61,418 nt of DNA, taken from assembly GCA_002633005.1 (NCBI GenBank), contig NMRA01001061.1, positions 1-61,418 on the forward strand, in the 5' to 3' direction. The notes beneath the pieces are model-generated. The model had not been told where the DNA came from and did no database searches. It was given only the letters and a program-made list of their open reading frames with translations. The translations under genes were made by a program, and so were the position numbers. The DNA comes from Phoronis australis (Eukaryota; Animalia; Phoronida). This document shows, piece by piece, positions 24,843 to 38,469 of this stretch; the stretch's first letter is position 1; each line of letters begins with the position of its first letter.

Positions 24843-25080
24843 CGGAAATATTGTTGGGCTGTTTCCAAGATACGTTTTCTTGCCGCCGTCAAAATGAGCG
24901 CTGCATATATGCCACGAAGTCGGAAAGAATTCACGAAATCGGCCTTTGCTACCAGCTCTACCGATGTTTCTGACCCATTTTACACAGTTCTTAATCCTTC
25001 GGAAACAGGTAGTAACTAAATTCTTTGTCTCGCTAACTGTTATTGTAGCAGCCAGGCACGCAACACGTACATGTATAACC
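24843..25080 (-). pseudogene. Degenerate THAP zinc-finger coding relic, probably from a DNA transposon
   Basis: [24 protein letters not shown], then a frameshift to KWVRNIGR...FFPTSWHICSAHFDGGKKTYLGNSPTIFP. This matches the THAP C2CH signature with FP, W, CSxHF and the PTIF box. Confidence 0.8.
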
Positions 25081-26032
25081 TCCCTGTGGCCGGTTCGCCC
25101 CCACGATTGACGACGTATTTGTTTACTGAAAAATACCGACTTAACCACAATGCAACATTCTGACCCATTTCCAATATGGCGGCGTTGCAACTCCGCTATT
25201 GGTCAAATTCTACATACAATTTTCACTTTAACCGTTCATAGTGGTAACACGTTATTATATATGTAGTATGATTACAGCGTCACACGTCCACAAGGAGGTT
25301 GTCCGCAATTCATCTAAGTTTAAGTGTGTACCGGAGGAGTCCAGCTCTAAAGAAGTTGTGCTGTTTAAGGGGACGATTCTTTGTGTAATGACACTTCTGA
25401 TAGGGTGCTAGGAATTCTAGTTGTATTTTGGATGAGACTGCCGGTGATAACCAATTTGTGTTGCGCAGATCCGCCACGGACAGGAAATCGCCAGAGAGGT
25501 ACATTGCCCAGGGCCAATGAACATTGAGTTGTTTGTTGATTATATTTCTAAGCTTGTCTACACAGTTTTTTGGTCTTTTGTAGGGTCTAGCCAAATGAAA
25601 GAGGTGTAACATTGACAGTAAGGACTTATAATACTTTCAGTCTCAGGTATAGATAGCGCTAGTAGCGTTTCAGACAGCCATCTCAACTGAATCGTGTTGC
25701 CTTCGTCTCAAATCAATTACTGTGTCACAGTTAATATCAGTTTACCAGCTCTTGTTTGTCTTTCATACAGTACAAGAGGGGAAAATGGAAATAACACCAT
25801 TTAATAGCGCAGAGATTTTCTAACCACGATGTTTGAATATTCAGTTACAGGTTCCTGGTGACGGCTTCTGAGCCTAAAACATTGCGCGATTATATGAGAC
25901 CATATTTATGCAAAATCGTTGGCTCCGAAGCTTGGCGACAGAACACAAGCTCGACATATTACATGAGGGTTATGTTGCCTGTGTTCGGAAAAAGATAAAT
26001 CAACACGTTGGAGAAAACTGTAAAGGCACACG

Positions 26033-29000
26033 ATGGAGCAAAATCTGTTCGTATTGACAATTACACTTTTCGAGTGCTGTCAGCGCAGTTCAGCTACAAG
26101 AACAGAATTATCCTTTGGATATACGAATGCAATTAGTTCACAAGGCAACGAAACTGCATGGTTTGTTGAAGTTCATAAAGGTTTTGCTGCACATTTAACA
26201 GTTGTAGAATTCGTCTTTGAAAACAATACTACCTGCAGTTTGGCTAATTTACAACTGTTTATCAACGGTGATAGACATTCACTGTGTACAAGGCCTTCAG
26301 TAGAAGACGTTTTTACCACATATAATAACATGTCAATTCTACTATATCGCAAGTATCCTTCGGTTGGCGTCCGCCTTTTTCTGGTCGTTGAATCCTTCCT
26401 GTTGCGCGAACAAATGTCGCATTTTTGTTACCACACGGTGTCTGAAGCAGGTGGAGATATCGGTATTCTTCAACCCGGTCCCGAAACAACCGTGACATTC
26501 CCATTGGAGTGCAGTTGGAACATCACTGGACTTCCTGGCCACACTATTGACGTCATCATTTCACATTTTGTTACCTCAACCAATACTCCCGGATGTTCAA
26601 GTGAAAACATTAAGATATACGAGGCAAGAAATAAGTCTTTTCACTTAATCGAAAAGGCATGTGGTGAAAAATTTCCGTGGAATGTATCATCCTCAAGTAG
26701 GGCGCTTTTGATAACTATTACACTGAGACAAGTTGGCTGGCAATTCAACGCTACTTACAAATTGTGGAATTTTTCAATACTTGAAAAAGGTGTTGGATTC
26801 GTGATGTTGGATAGCAAATCATACAAACCAAACAGGAGAGATTTTTTTTATAAAGATCCGCCGTTTTCTTTTGCAATGCACACCCGGATGCTTTATTTGT
26901 ATTTGTGGTATATTGCGGTTCCATTTAATCTTGTTCTTCAGAGTTCTGTCACTGTGACGAATGTAAGACCATTTCAAGAGCTCCACATTTCCTTCTATGA
27001 AGGACCAAAAGTTTGGTCTTTCATGCAAACTACTCAAATTTCATTGAGAAACGTTACCAATTGCTTTAATCCTATTAACGCAATGATATTCCATGGCTTA
27101 TTAAGAATTCAGCTAGACGCACGTGCAGTTACGAAAGATTTTTCATTAAATATTTCATACGAGGGTAAAAGAGATCAAAACCAAGTGTCATGTTGGTATT
27201 TTTCACTGATGAATGGAGAATCCGCGATCACAGTAAGTCGTATTCCGTTAAAAGTTTCACTTTTTTATGTTGATTGGGTGATACATGGTCCAACACATTG
27301 TGTCTGGCGTTTTAAAGCCAGAAGAAAAACATTCTTTTTAAAGCTTTCTTTTACCCGAATTCACTTGATAGCACTTGAAAACTGTGGTTATCAGGGACTG
27401 GTTTTATACGATGGGGAAGACATAACTTCTGACACGTTTGGGCCGATATGTGGAAATTTTTCAACAAACAATTCAAATTTAACAACGGGTCACATCATAT
27501 CGTCTTTTGTAAGCTCCTCATCGTACCTAACCATTGGGTACTACTCCCTCATACCCAACTATCGTAAAGCGGAAGTGACTGGTTATATAGAAGAATTCGA
27601 GTGCAAAGGAATTATGGTCCGAAACCACACTGTTAATATACAATTACATGTAGCTGCTTGCCTAGCTGTCCAACAGAATGTTTTCGGTGGAAGATACGAG
27701 TTTGTGGACGTTAACCTACAGATAAGTCCAAATATTTCCGGAATAAACATTTATAAACGATTCGCAGACACAATGCGAATGTTAAAAAGTCGAAGTTGTT
27801 TTCACTATATTTCATTTGTCAACAAAATGCCAGAATGTTTCAAGGATGAAACCCGGCTCGTGTCCAATGAACTTGTCCTAAACTTCTATGGAGATCACCT
27901 ACGCCTTATGCGTATTCACTCACTGCTTGGGTGGTTGGATGTAAATTTTCTGTTTGTGTTTGACATACACGAGTCTGATGTACCAGTGAAACGGAGTTTT
28001 GATATATACCAGCCGTACAGAACGACCATGGCTTATGGCTCTTTCGTGTCTGCTTTCGGATCTTTGCATCAGCCAGAGAACATTTTCTTTGCTTCCTGGG
28101 AATTAACCTATGGCATAAGCACGCATGCGTGTTTCAGTGAATTTGGTAGTCCGTCTAAGTTCGAATTGAATGTTTCCGGCTATTGTAGATTGTCAGAAAG
28201 TATAACAATCACCGAGTCGGTTTCGTCGACAGCGTGCAATGATTACATGCACTTTTATCACAGATATCGGGCTACAGTCACAGATGTCTATAAGCCGCTA
28301 TGTTCTAAATATAACAAAGATCCGTTCCAAATGTTGACTGTCGCGGCTGACCAGATAGAAATAAAGTATCAAAGTAGCAACAATTTTGACCCTCCACTGA
28401 TAATGGACTACCGACTTTTAAAACCCGATAGCGTACCAGATGGCAGCGATCTGCATTGTTCTTCGACAGATGAAGTTTATTTCAGTGAAAAGTGTTACAA
28501 ACTTTATGTCGGTATAGAAATGTATCCTCCTCATACATGGCACAGTGCTTCGGAGAAGTGCATCGGCAATGGTGGAGATCTGTTGGCCATAAACACAAAA
28601 GAGGAATATGAATTCATATTATTGATGCTGAAAACAAAATGGAAACGAAAACTGTATTCCACAATAAATTACGTCGTACTGTTCCTAGGATTAAACACTA
28701 ACGCCGAACACTGTTATCGATGGAACGATGGTAATCCGCTCGTGTATTCTAAATGGTACATTCCTGGAGATAACGCCGCTCCCTACACCAAATCAAAGTT
28801 TGACTGGTATGCCCATTTGGGTTCGATTATTTCCGACCAACACTACCAACCGTTAAATGATCCAGGAAGCAATTGTGCCGTAATGGTTGTGCAGAACCCT
28901 TACGTTGGTGGCAGCTGGTTTTCCATCTCCTGCAACTACAGATTTCCTTACATCAGCATAATCTGTGAAAATTTAAAGCCGAAACAGTATCCAGGAACCT

Positions 29001-29559
29001 TTTCAACGACATTGAAAACATGGGGTTTTCTAGGTACCAGTAAGAAATGCCGCGAGTCGTGGACCTATTTTAATGACAGTTGTTTCCGACTAGAAACTAG
29101 TCTCAGAAATAGAGATTCTCCTTTGCCATATTCTATAGCCACCACCATGTGCTCAAACATCGGAGGCGCGGTGTCCTCGCCAAATACAATGGCTTCAACT
29201 ATATTAATGTCAGGTTTTAGATTTCATCCTGATTATGGCCCAGTTTGGATCTTAAAAGCATCAACATGCAGACTACTGCAATCTCCAAAAATTGACAGTA
29301 GTATGTTTGAAAATCCGGAGTTTGCTTGGGAAATTGTTGATGTTGACTGCGACGAAGATTTTTCAAATCAATTTCCGGTGCCGTTAAGTGTGTTGTGTCA
29401 AATCAGTTCAGAAGAGTTGACTAGAAGCTGCTCAAACTCCCAATGGGCTTGCAGTGATGGCACGTGCATCTCGGAGGTGGCATTGTGTGACGGTGCATAC
29501 GACTGCAAAGATGCAAGTGATGAGATGAGATGCAGTCAGTACGTCAAGCAGGAATTCAG
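26033..29559 (+). CDS. GRL101-like: Receptor copy B, coding exon 1 (signal peptide, CUB-like modules, spacer, 2 CTLD, LDLa)
   Basis: 1176-aa ORF collinear with copy A exon 1. Signal peptide MEQNLFVLTITLFECCQRSSA. Donor TTCAG|GTAAAA at 29559/29560. Confidence 0.9.
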
Positions 29560-31776
29560 GTAAAATTGGAGGTTTCGCGCATTTATAATATCACGACATA
29601 CATGTCGTTGCTTGTGACGCAGTCCGATGGTGTTTGAGTATTTTACGCCAATAAAGAGACCCATGGTCCCTTTTTAATTCATATATGGTATGACATCGGA
29701 AAGAATTTTATTTTGATAGGGTTTCAATCTTTGTTCTTCGCTTCAGTATAAAATGAACACGATTCTTGTGACTATAAATGTCCTTAAAGTTTAGTAAAAA
29801 GAAAGCACCTTTTTCATAATACTTATTCTCCCAGGGTATCATCTAACGAGAATAGATTTTCAACAGATATGATGTTGGGTTTTTAAAGATTTTCACATTT
29901 TTAATTCACATGGATCTATTTATTTTAAACTGAAAATAAATTTTGCATTCTAACCGCTGACCATTCCTAGAAACGATTTTTTTCAAATCCAATATATGTT
30001 TTTATCTTGCATATCTGTAGGGGATATGTACTACGATAACTGGACATCCTGAGTTCAGTTATTCAATTCACGATTACTTTAACGTTCTCGTTAAAATTTA
30101 GCTGTTGTGAGACCTATTTTGTTACTGTAACGTGAATCGGCTCGAGCAATTAAGTATACGTCTTAATTCACGTTCACGTGGATTTGCAAAACCTTTCTAG
30201 TGACTGCATGTCAACTTTGCTGGTCCCGCCTTAGTCGGTAGACCAAGACTTAGAGATCTGAGTATTGGCAAGTTCCACCTATGCGTCCAATTAAGAGATA
30301 TACTTGGTCTAAAATAAATTGTTTGGCGTCATCCAGAATTAGGTAGCATTAGTGTACCTAAGGTTGACTCCCCCACAATATATGTGTTGAATAAACAAGT
30401 ATTCCATGGTCGTGCCCGTTATAATCAAAGAAATTGCAGGCTAATTACTTACATGTATCTCTGGCATTGCTTGCTCGAATTTGTCAGAAACACAACATAT
30501 AGCGACGATGTGACCATGAAGTACCTGTTGCTTGAAAATTACCAAATGTTTTTAAGAACGAGTTTTGTGGCGAAAATGATCTGCCGCAACTCACTGACCC
30601 GTAAGTAGTACCATGGTGTGATGTTGAGGAATAATAACACTGCATGATGCTGACTTTCTGATCCCGCGAGGTATGTCATTAGTGCAAGTGTCACGCAATT
30701 GCAGAATGTTTTGTTTTCACATTTACACATTGTCTGTGAATAAAACTGCACTTTGTTTAGTTTGCATATTGGTAAAATAGTATCGTCGTTTAATTCCCCT
30801 TATATATTAGCTAATACAGAAGAGATGCAAATGCATTTTTAAGTCAAAGACGTAAACGGGTGGCGCTGCGATCGTGCCACTTTTTACTGAATCGCGCGTG
30901 CGCAAAATTTTGATCCTAAGTTGTTTAGTTTACCAGCGTATTCACATGTCGAGCTAAAGACCGACTTGGGTGCATGCAAAATCTGGGAACACGAACTTTA
31001 AAATTAGCGCGTAAGTAAACAACGACATATTTATCCAACGTTTCGGTTTATTACTCTAAACCATTGTCAAGGAAACAGTTTCTGAAAAGAACATATGTAC
31101 ACTATAGTTACATGACGACTAGAAAAAACAATGCCAATCAGGATTTCAGAGAATGGAGCTTTCAAAACAGTATGTGGCAGTGTTAAAGGCTCCAGAAACA
31201 AATGTCAAAATGCATTTAGCGAATCAGTGGAATAAAAGGCGTCTTTCCGTTACTCACATAAACGTAGAAGAGTCGTCACGTTTGTCGACTTTTTTCGGTT
31301 CCTGTCGAACGATTTTCTCTAAACTTTGCAATACGAATTCTCAGAAATGTTCCAATGCATTTTTATGAAACTTGGCAAAACAATTATGTAATTTTCAATC
31401 TCAAAAAACTGTCATGGGCTTTTAAGTTGACATACATTTCTCGTTTTCCAAGACAGTAACTTTTACCAGTGCTGTTTTTCTCACGTGCACGTGCTATTTT
31501 TGTAATTTCCTTGTTTTCAAATATCTTCAAATCGATGTTCATTTCGAAGAATAAGCCAAATTTAAAATGGCCACGACAGTGGTATATTCAAGGCTGTTGT
31601 TTGCCATGTTGAAAGGTTTATATGTTATTCTAGCCCTATTTCCAACTTTCTTTCAGGAAAATTATTCCCTAACTTCCAATAATTACATGTAAATTGAACA
31701 AACTCATATCAATGTAGTTTATAGAGAACGCACTCTTACTCAAACAATGTTTAGTGAAAAGACGTATTTTATTTAG
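29560..31776 (+). other. Phase-2 intron of copy B (2217 bp)
   Basis: GTAAAA donor and TATTTTATTTAG acceptor. Shares blocks with the copy A intron (TGACTGCATGTCAACTTTG, GAATAAACAAGTATT, AATCGCGCGTGCG). Confidence 0.85.
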
Positions 31777-33976
31777 GTGCAGAAATGACAAACAAGTAAG
31801 CTTATCTCTGGTCTGCGACTTCATGGATGATTGCGGAGATGGGTCAGATGAGGCCGACTGTCGCTTCCCTCCTTGTTTATCCGATCAGTTCAGGTGCTTG
31901 TCAGGTCAGTGTATAGCAAGAGATCAAACATGCGATTTCAAAAAACAATGTTTCGATGGATCAGACGAGACAGAAGAAGTGTGTGACTGGCAACATAATT
32001 GTTCTTATTTGAATGGATTCCAGTGCTCCAGTGGCACTTGTATTGAGAAAAATAAGATGCAAAACTTGAAAGTAGATTGTGCAGGTTACCTCCAAGAAGA
32101 CGAAGCTTACGTTGACTATGATAAATTCTTCGGCTTAGGAGTTTTAAGTCCATATTGTTCTTCGTCTACGAAATCCATCTGTAAACTTAACCATTCAGCT
32201 TGTTTTGAAAGAAGTCATGCTTGCGTATACGATAAAGCTAATTCAGACAGAGGCTGTGGTGACAATAGTCATCTCATCAACTGCGTCAGCTTCCAATGTC
32301 CTGGGTTGTTTAAATGTCCCGGGAGTTACTGTGTTCCTCGCCATGCGGTATGCGACGGATCGTGGGACTGCGTGGGAGGTTACGATGAACTTGACTGTCA
32401 CAACTACTCTTGCCCAGGATCGTATCGCTGTCACAGGGAAATGAAATGTATTGATCAAGAGAAAGTGTGTGACGGAATAAGGGATTGTTTCAAAGGAGAC
32501 GACGAAAAGTTGTGCGATCTGAATATAACATGCCCGCACTCATGTCATTGCATTGGATACGTTTTGGACTGTAGGAACCGTAACCTTCATTTCTTGCCTG
32601 ACGGTTCTAAGTACATGCGGGCCATAGGTTTCGCTAACAATTCTATAACCCTAACAAACCATACATTCTCAGAGCACTACATGCTCCATAAGCTAGACCT
32701 CTCTTTTAACGGGATAACCACCATCCACGACTTTGTATTTGAAGATCTAAGTAACTTATTCCATTTAAATCTTTGCGGTAATCATTTGGCTGAAATTGCG
32801 CTTCCCATTTTCAAAGGTTTGCGGATAATCACTTTGAATATTTCCTTGAACGACCTTCGCCTTATAACGGCTGAAGGGTTCGGTGGCTTGCGCAATCAAA
32901 TCGCTATTGACATGCGGCACAATAACAAATTTCTTGAAGTTAATCCAGAAGCATTCGGCGGAATCAATATCACAAAACTTGAAGGGGACAGTTTCAGATT
33001 CTGTTGTTTGTTACAAGACAAGGCTCAAAACGTTGCTTGTAGTCCTGAGAAAGATCCATTTTCGTCATGTTCTGACTTGATGCCCAATCACTTTCTACGA
33101 GCTGCATTGTGGGTTTTTGGATTACTTGCCTTATTTGGTAATCTAAGTGTCTCGATATGGAGATTTAGAACGTCTTTAAAATCTGTCACTTCCGTCCTCA
33201 TTGTAATATTGGCATTTTCTGATTTTTTGACAGGAGTTTACATGCTAATTATCGCTGGCGCCGATTATTATTATTTACAGCGAGGACAATATTTTCTTTA
33301 CGATCCTGCATGGCGGAACAGTCTTGTTTGTCAAACAGCTGGGTTTTTGGCTTTTTTCTCCAGCGAAATGTCTGTGTCGACAATGTTGGTCATTACTATT
33401 GATCGTTTGATATCGTTAATCTTTACTTTCAAAGTTCCACCTTTGATAGTTCGCCAGGCACTCTTCATGATGATCACGTTTGCTGTTATTTGGGCAACAA
33501 TGGCGACACTTCCGCTCACACGTTTGGAATATTTCGGTAACGGGAATTACTTCTACGGCGCCACATCGATGTGTCTACCGTTCACCTTGACATCAGCAGG
33601 CGACTTTACGTGGTTCAAGTTAGCTATATTTGTTGCTTTCAATTTCGGTGCCTTTGTGTTTATTGCCGTGAGCTATTTAGCGATATTTATACGCGTCAAA
33701 AGTAGCAGGAAAGCTTCTGGTCAGAAAACCAATGACCAAGAGATAAAGCTAGCTAAGAAGGTCAGTATTCTGGTCATGACTGATTTCTGTTGTTGGATGC
33801 CGGTGGTGATCGCTGGGATCATGGCGGCTTTAGGTGTTGATATTTCTCCGGAGTTTGTTGCCTGGATGGCTGCTATCATACTTCCCGTAAACGCAGCGTT
33901 TAATCCTTATCTATATACCGTTTCGTCACTCAGTTGCAGGAAGGGAAGGTCGAATTCGGCTACCTGTCAGTCTTAA
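31777..33976 (+). CDS. GRL101-like: Receptor copy B, coding exon 2 (LDLa modules, LRRs, hinge, complete 7TM); spliced product 1908 aa
   Basis: Uninterrupted LDLa-LRR-7TM frame with TIDR, TDFCCWMP and NPYLY motifs. 3527+2200 nt = 1909 codons including the stop. Confidence 0.92.
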
Positions 33977-36900
33977 TTGAGCACTGTTAGTAGGTCTCAG
34001 TCATGACTGTAGGGATGCTTTAGTCTCGGATTGACAATAGGTGGGGTTCAAATAGGCCATGTGCTGTAGTTCCAGTGTTTCCATCCTGTGACCATGACAT
34101 GGGCGTAGCTTTCGTGAAAATCACGAATTTTAGTTGCGTATTTTCGAAGAGAAGCAGATTTATATGTTCTCATATTTTAACATGGTTTAGCAACAGGTGG
34201 CGTTGTGTGCTGCTCCTTTGGCCAATCCCAAACTTTCAACAAAAGAGTGAAGATGTCCTTTCGGATGGTCCAAACCACCGAAAGTTTCACCTTCTATGTG
34301 CATTGCCAGAGGGCGGTGAAATTAAGTTTTCTTTTGAAGTTTCAAGTTTGCTTCAATTTTGTTGAATTAAAATGATTAGAGTTCACCATATGAAAGATTT
34401 AGAATTTAAAAATACAAGGAATCTTTGAACATCAACATGAAAGTTTAGCCATTTTTGAAAATCAAGTGACTCCCAAGTACACCTATTGAGGATTTTGAAG
34501 TGTGTCGTTTTAAGCTTATGTTATTTTCAGTTTTGTTAAATACATATCTGTTAACATATTCTAGATTATCTTAATAATTTAAAAAATATTTGGAATTATA
34601 GATTCGATTTCGCCACCAAGTGAAACTCAAACCTTCGTTAATCTCTCATAAATTTGCTTATTATTGTCAAAAATAAATTCTGTACATTCTAAGACATTTT
34701 GCAACTTATTGAAATATTGTTTGTAGTATCATTCCTGATGGACATGTACATGTAACGTCATTGGTTTTCAATTTGTTTTATTCCGTGTTCAGTATACAAA
34801 ATTAGTAACAATCCTTGGAATTTTGTAGGTTAAGCAAGGATACTCTTCACTTTTTAAGTATTGTAGTTTGTAATATCAAATACCATCAGAACAAAATTGA
34901 CTTCGCCGAATAATAGCTTCAAAAAGTGTTTTTCATGTCTCCTGTGGGCTATAGCACACCGCTTGACATGAGCCATTGCTAAAACTAGAGGAAATTTCGT
35001 GTTGGAAGTTCAACTGTGAAATCTGACCCAATCACAATGCTTGGGAGAGAAATATTTTCGAATCCCATGTATATTATGACTTAGCAGTGTCCTGGGGGCA
35101 GACATGAACATGAAGTATCGTTATCTGTGTTTTCGATCACAGGAAGCACGTGACTTTAATATGGAAATACTTTTGGGAGTTTTACGTAGAAGACAGTGCT
35201 TAAAGTGAATAAGTAGATGCAACTATTAATGACTCAAAAGCGTATCTTGCCTAAACGCATGATGTGCTATTGGTCGCTTGGCGTGGCGTGAGCTAGTTAA
35301 CTAACTTTTTTTTGAAAATTCTGTTCCCATGGTCAAATTAAGACAATCGATGCAATTTTTATATCGATGAAACTTCTGTGTCGTATAGCCATGTTAGCGA
35401 TCGTGTCTGCATACATGATCAGAATGATTAACTGTTGATGTCTTACGGCTGCACAATAACGTCACAAGAATTGCATTCCAGGACTCGTGATCACCAAACC
35501 CGACTTTTGCCTAAACTCAGAAATTGGTCAATTTCGTGTCACGCTTCAAGTACACTGCAACGTTTCATGCAGTTCAATTTTAGACTCGAATCCAGATGAA
35601 ATTCGGTAATCACGTGGCTTAATGATAAGTGAAGATTAAAATGTGTACGTTGATGTGTTTTGTCATCTCAGAAGGAATGCGTAACGTGAAAAGTAGACTT
35701 AAGAGCACTATTTATTTTTTCCTTTGTTACGTGTATTCGGGTCAGTGTATTTGCAACTTCAGAGACATGAAGCGATATCTGATTTTCTTTTCCCGGGTAG
35801 AAAATGGCCCCTATCATGTAAAGTAATTCGGCGATCACCTGAGATTTACATAACACAGTCAAATTTTGATGGATTGTTCTGTCCTCCCGATTCAATGTCT
35901 CGTTTACAATCATCTTAATTCGTTAGATTTCATCTACGGCGTTGCTATCGTTTTTCAAACACACTGGCTGCACTTGGTTGTCATGCGGTTTAAAGATAAT
36001 CTTTCTTTTGCCTTCAAGAATGCACGAGGATTTGCTTCCCACTATTTGAAATTGAGGCTGGTCAGGTACTCTAATACCGAAAGGTTGTATAATTAAGACG
36101 CTGTAATAGTGATAGTTCATTCCAACATCGGATCAGCCCCCNCCCCCCCCCCCCATCCACCTTCCATCGTCGAGTCAACAAAGGCTTGTAAGAGAAGCAA
36201 GCAGTTCATTACTTTGGTGCGGTCCATTCATAACCAAATCAAATTAGAAAAACAGAAAGCAGGTGGCGATCGGGGACATGACTTGGCCTGTTTCAATAGC
36301 TGGTGTGGGTAGAAAATGGTGTATAATTTCAAAAAAGTGGAAACGAGGAGGGGGTTCCTTTAGAACCACAATTGTGCACTCAATAAAAACTCCATTTTAT
36401 CCCTAAAAATTGCACAAAAGTACATGTATGAATTAATTTGAAGGTTAAGAGAATGACTGGGCACACAGTGTCACTAATCATACTACACCTTTTGTTTAAA
36501 ATTCGAGGCACCCAAGAAACTATGAGCCGAATGACCATGACCCCTCAAGGGTAACTCCAGCGCTGATAGTTGAGAGCTTCTCTTTAGATTTTTTTTTGTT
36601 CTACATCTGTCGCTCTGACTTCCCATTTTCGATTGTCATGGTCTCGTCCCACGCGTATGGTGGTCGCAACTTTGCGCCTACAAAATAATGAGGGTCCCAT
36701 ACATTCACCTATCTCCCGATTCCTACGTCTCTGTTTAGTGGGAGGCGCTCGTTCCCCAATCCCTACAGGTTTGGCACCGCCGTAGATGGAATACCTCGAG
36801 GAGACGATGGCCAAGTTTTCCTGTTTGTCGGCAGAAATCTTCTATTATCGGAGAAATAGAAGCTTGACACACTGTTCATTTAAATAATCTGTTTTACAGT

Positions 36901-37671
36901 TTAGGTAAGATGTAAGAGGTACATGACCCTTTGGATTATGATTGAATCTGATAAACGACGCATTGGTTAATGCATACGCGTGCATGTTAGCCCAAGCGCT
37001 TACATGTGAAGCCGAGCATATGACACCCGTATTGAAAGTATTTGATCAAAATGAAGGAAAATGTTTTACCTTGGCTTTTGAAAGATGGCGGATTTTCTCT
37101 TTACATTGGTTTTTGGCATTCTAAATTAAGAGGCAATTTACAATAGAACGGAGAGTGGGAAACGCAACAATTAAGTTAAAAAGAGTTCGCTTCTCTCTAC
37201 TGAGTCCTTGCACCTACATTTGACACATTAGTTATGAAACACCTTTTTTCGAATGTATTCATGCGTGCAGGGCCTCAATGCACTCGTTTTCAGTACACAG
37301 AAGTTTTGGTAGCGATTCTTCTGTTGATGTCATAATATTCTAATCGGAAATGTCATAATTGGACTCGTAACCAACTTGGATGCTTGTTATACTTGTATGT
37401 CTTGCTGTGTATCATTTGTTCGTGGACTGTTCGTAGAGACTGTTGGAAATTTTGTCGTTCTAAATGAATTTCAAAGAATTTAAATAGTGGAAAATGAGAA
37501 CAAATCTGTGTGAGCTTTGTTTACACGTAGAGAGGAGATTTGGGTGTACTATTAAAGACTTGTATGACCTTAGTTTGAGAACGACCCCAAGGAAAATACA
37601 TGTTGTGTGTAAACTGTTGTGAGATTGAATAAAATATTTATTGAAGTGTTATGTGTTTTGTTTAATACAGT
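33977..37671 (+). repeat. 3' flank of copy B, paralogous to 18912-21442, with a ~1-kb extra insert
   Basis: Same blocks at about 35918, 36736, 36951 and 37337. Confidence 0.85.
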
Positions 37672-37701
37672 AATAAGACTATTTACTCATAAGGAGATCA
37701 A

Positions 37702-38140
37702 GGGTCTATTTCATGAAAGTGACTTCAGATTTGAAATTGAATTTTGGTCTTACGCTCCACACGAGTACCTCAGCAAAAATAATGAAATCTCACGTGCGCA
37801 CAAGTGCAGTCTCTGACAATATACACATAGCAGTTCACTGCGATAATTTCTATATCTTATTCCTAGATTGTGATGCCTCGTCATTACTTGCAGAAGCCCT
37901 TTTTCAATTGACCTATCGCAAGCTCTGCCCCTTGCGAAATGTCGACAAACAAAGAATAAGTTTTACCTGGCAATGTGCTGTTTCTGTGGTAAAATGGCGG
38001 CTTGGAAACGAAGATGTGTCAAGAATGTTAAGTTCTGATTGGTCAGTTAAAATCAAAATCCTGGCGATAGCTCAACTGTGAAATGGAAGCGTAAGACCAA
38101 ATTTCCGTGTTGCGTTTTAAGTAATTTTTCATGAAACTGT
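37702..38140. mobile_element. MITE-like element with ~50-bp imperfect TIRs
   Basis: TTTCATGAAA...TTGGTCTTACGCTCCA on the left and TGGAAGCGTAAGACCAA...TTTCATGAAA on the right. It begins where homology to the copy A flank ends. Confidence 0.55.
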
Positions 38141-38469
38141 ACACAAGTGAAACATTTGAACGTTTATAGGCTAATGGAGTCTCGGAAGCAACATAAATAT
38201 TGCCTCACTTTAAAAGCATTTGTCGGTTTTAGTTGTTATCAATGGACTTATATCAGTATGTTTCAAAGGTATCGCGTTTGGAGTTTAATTTTCTCTAAGG
38301 CTTTGTGTCACTTAAAACCGATTCCAAGAATAGCACATGTTTAACGTAGTTGTGTATTGATTTGCAGATGCAAATACAGGCTTATAAAATATTTTACAAT
38401 TGAGTGATTCAAACATGGAAATTTGATCGGAATTTTTATCGTGTATGCTAACTCTCAAAACGGTCGACA

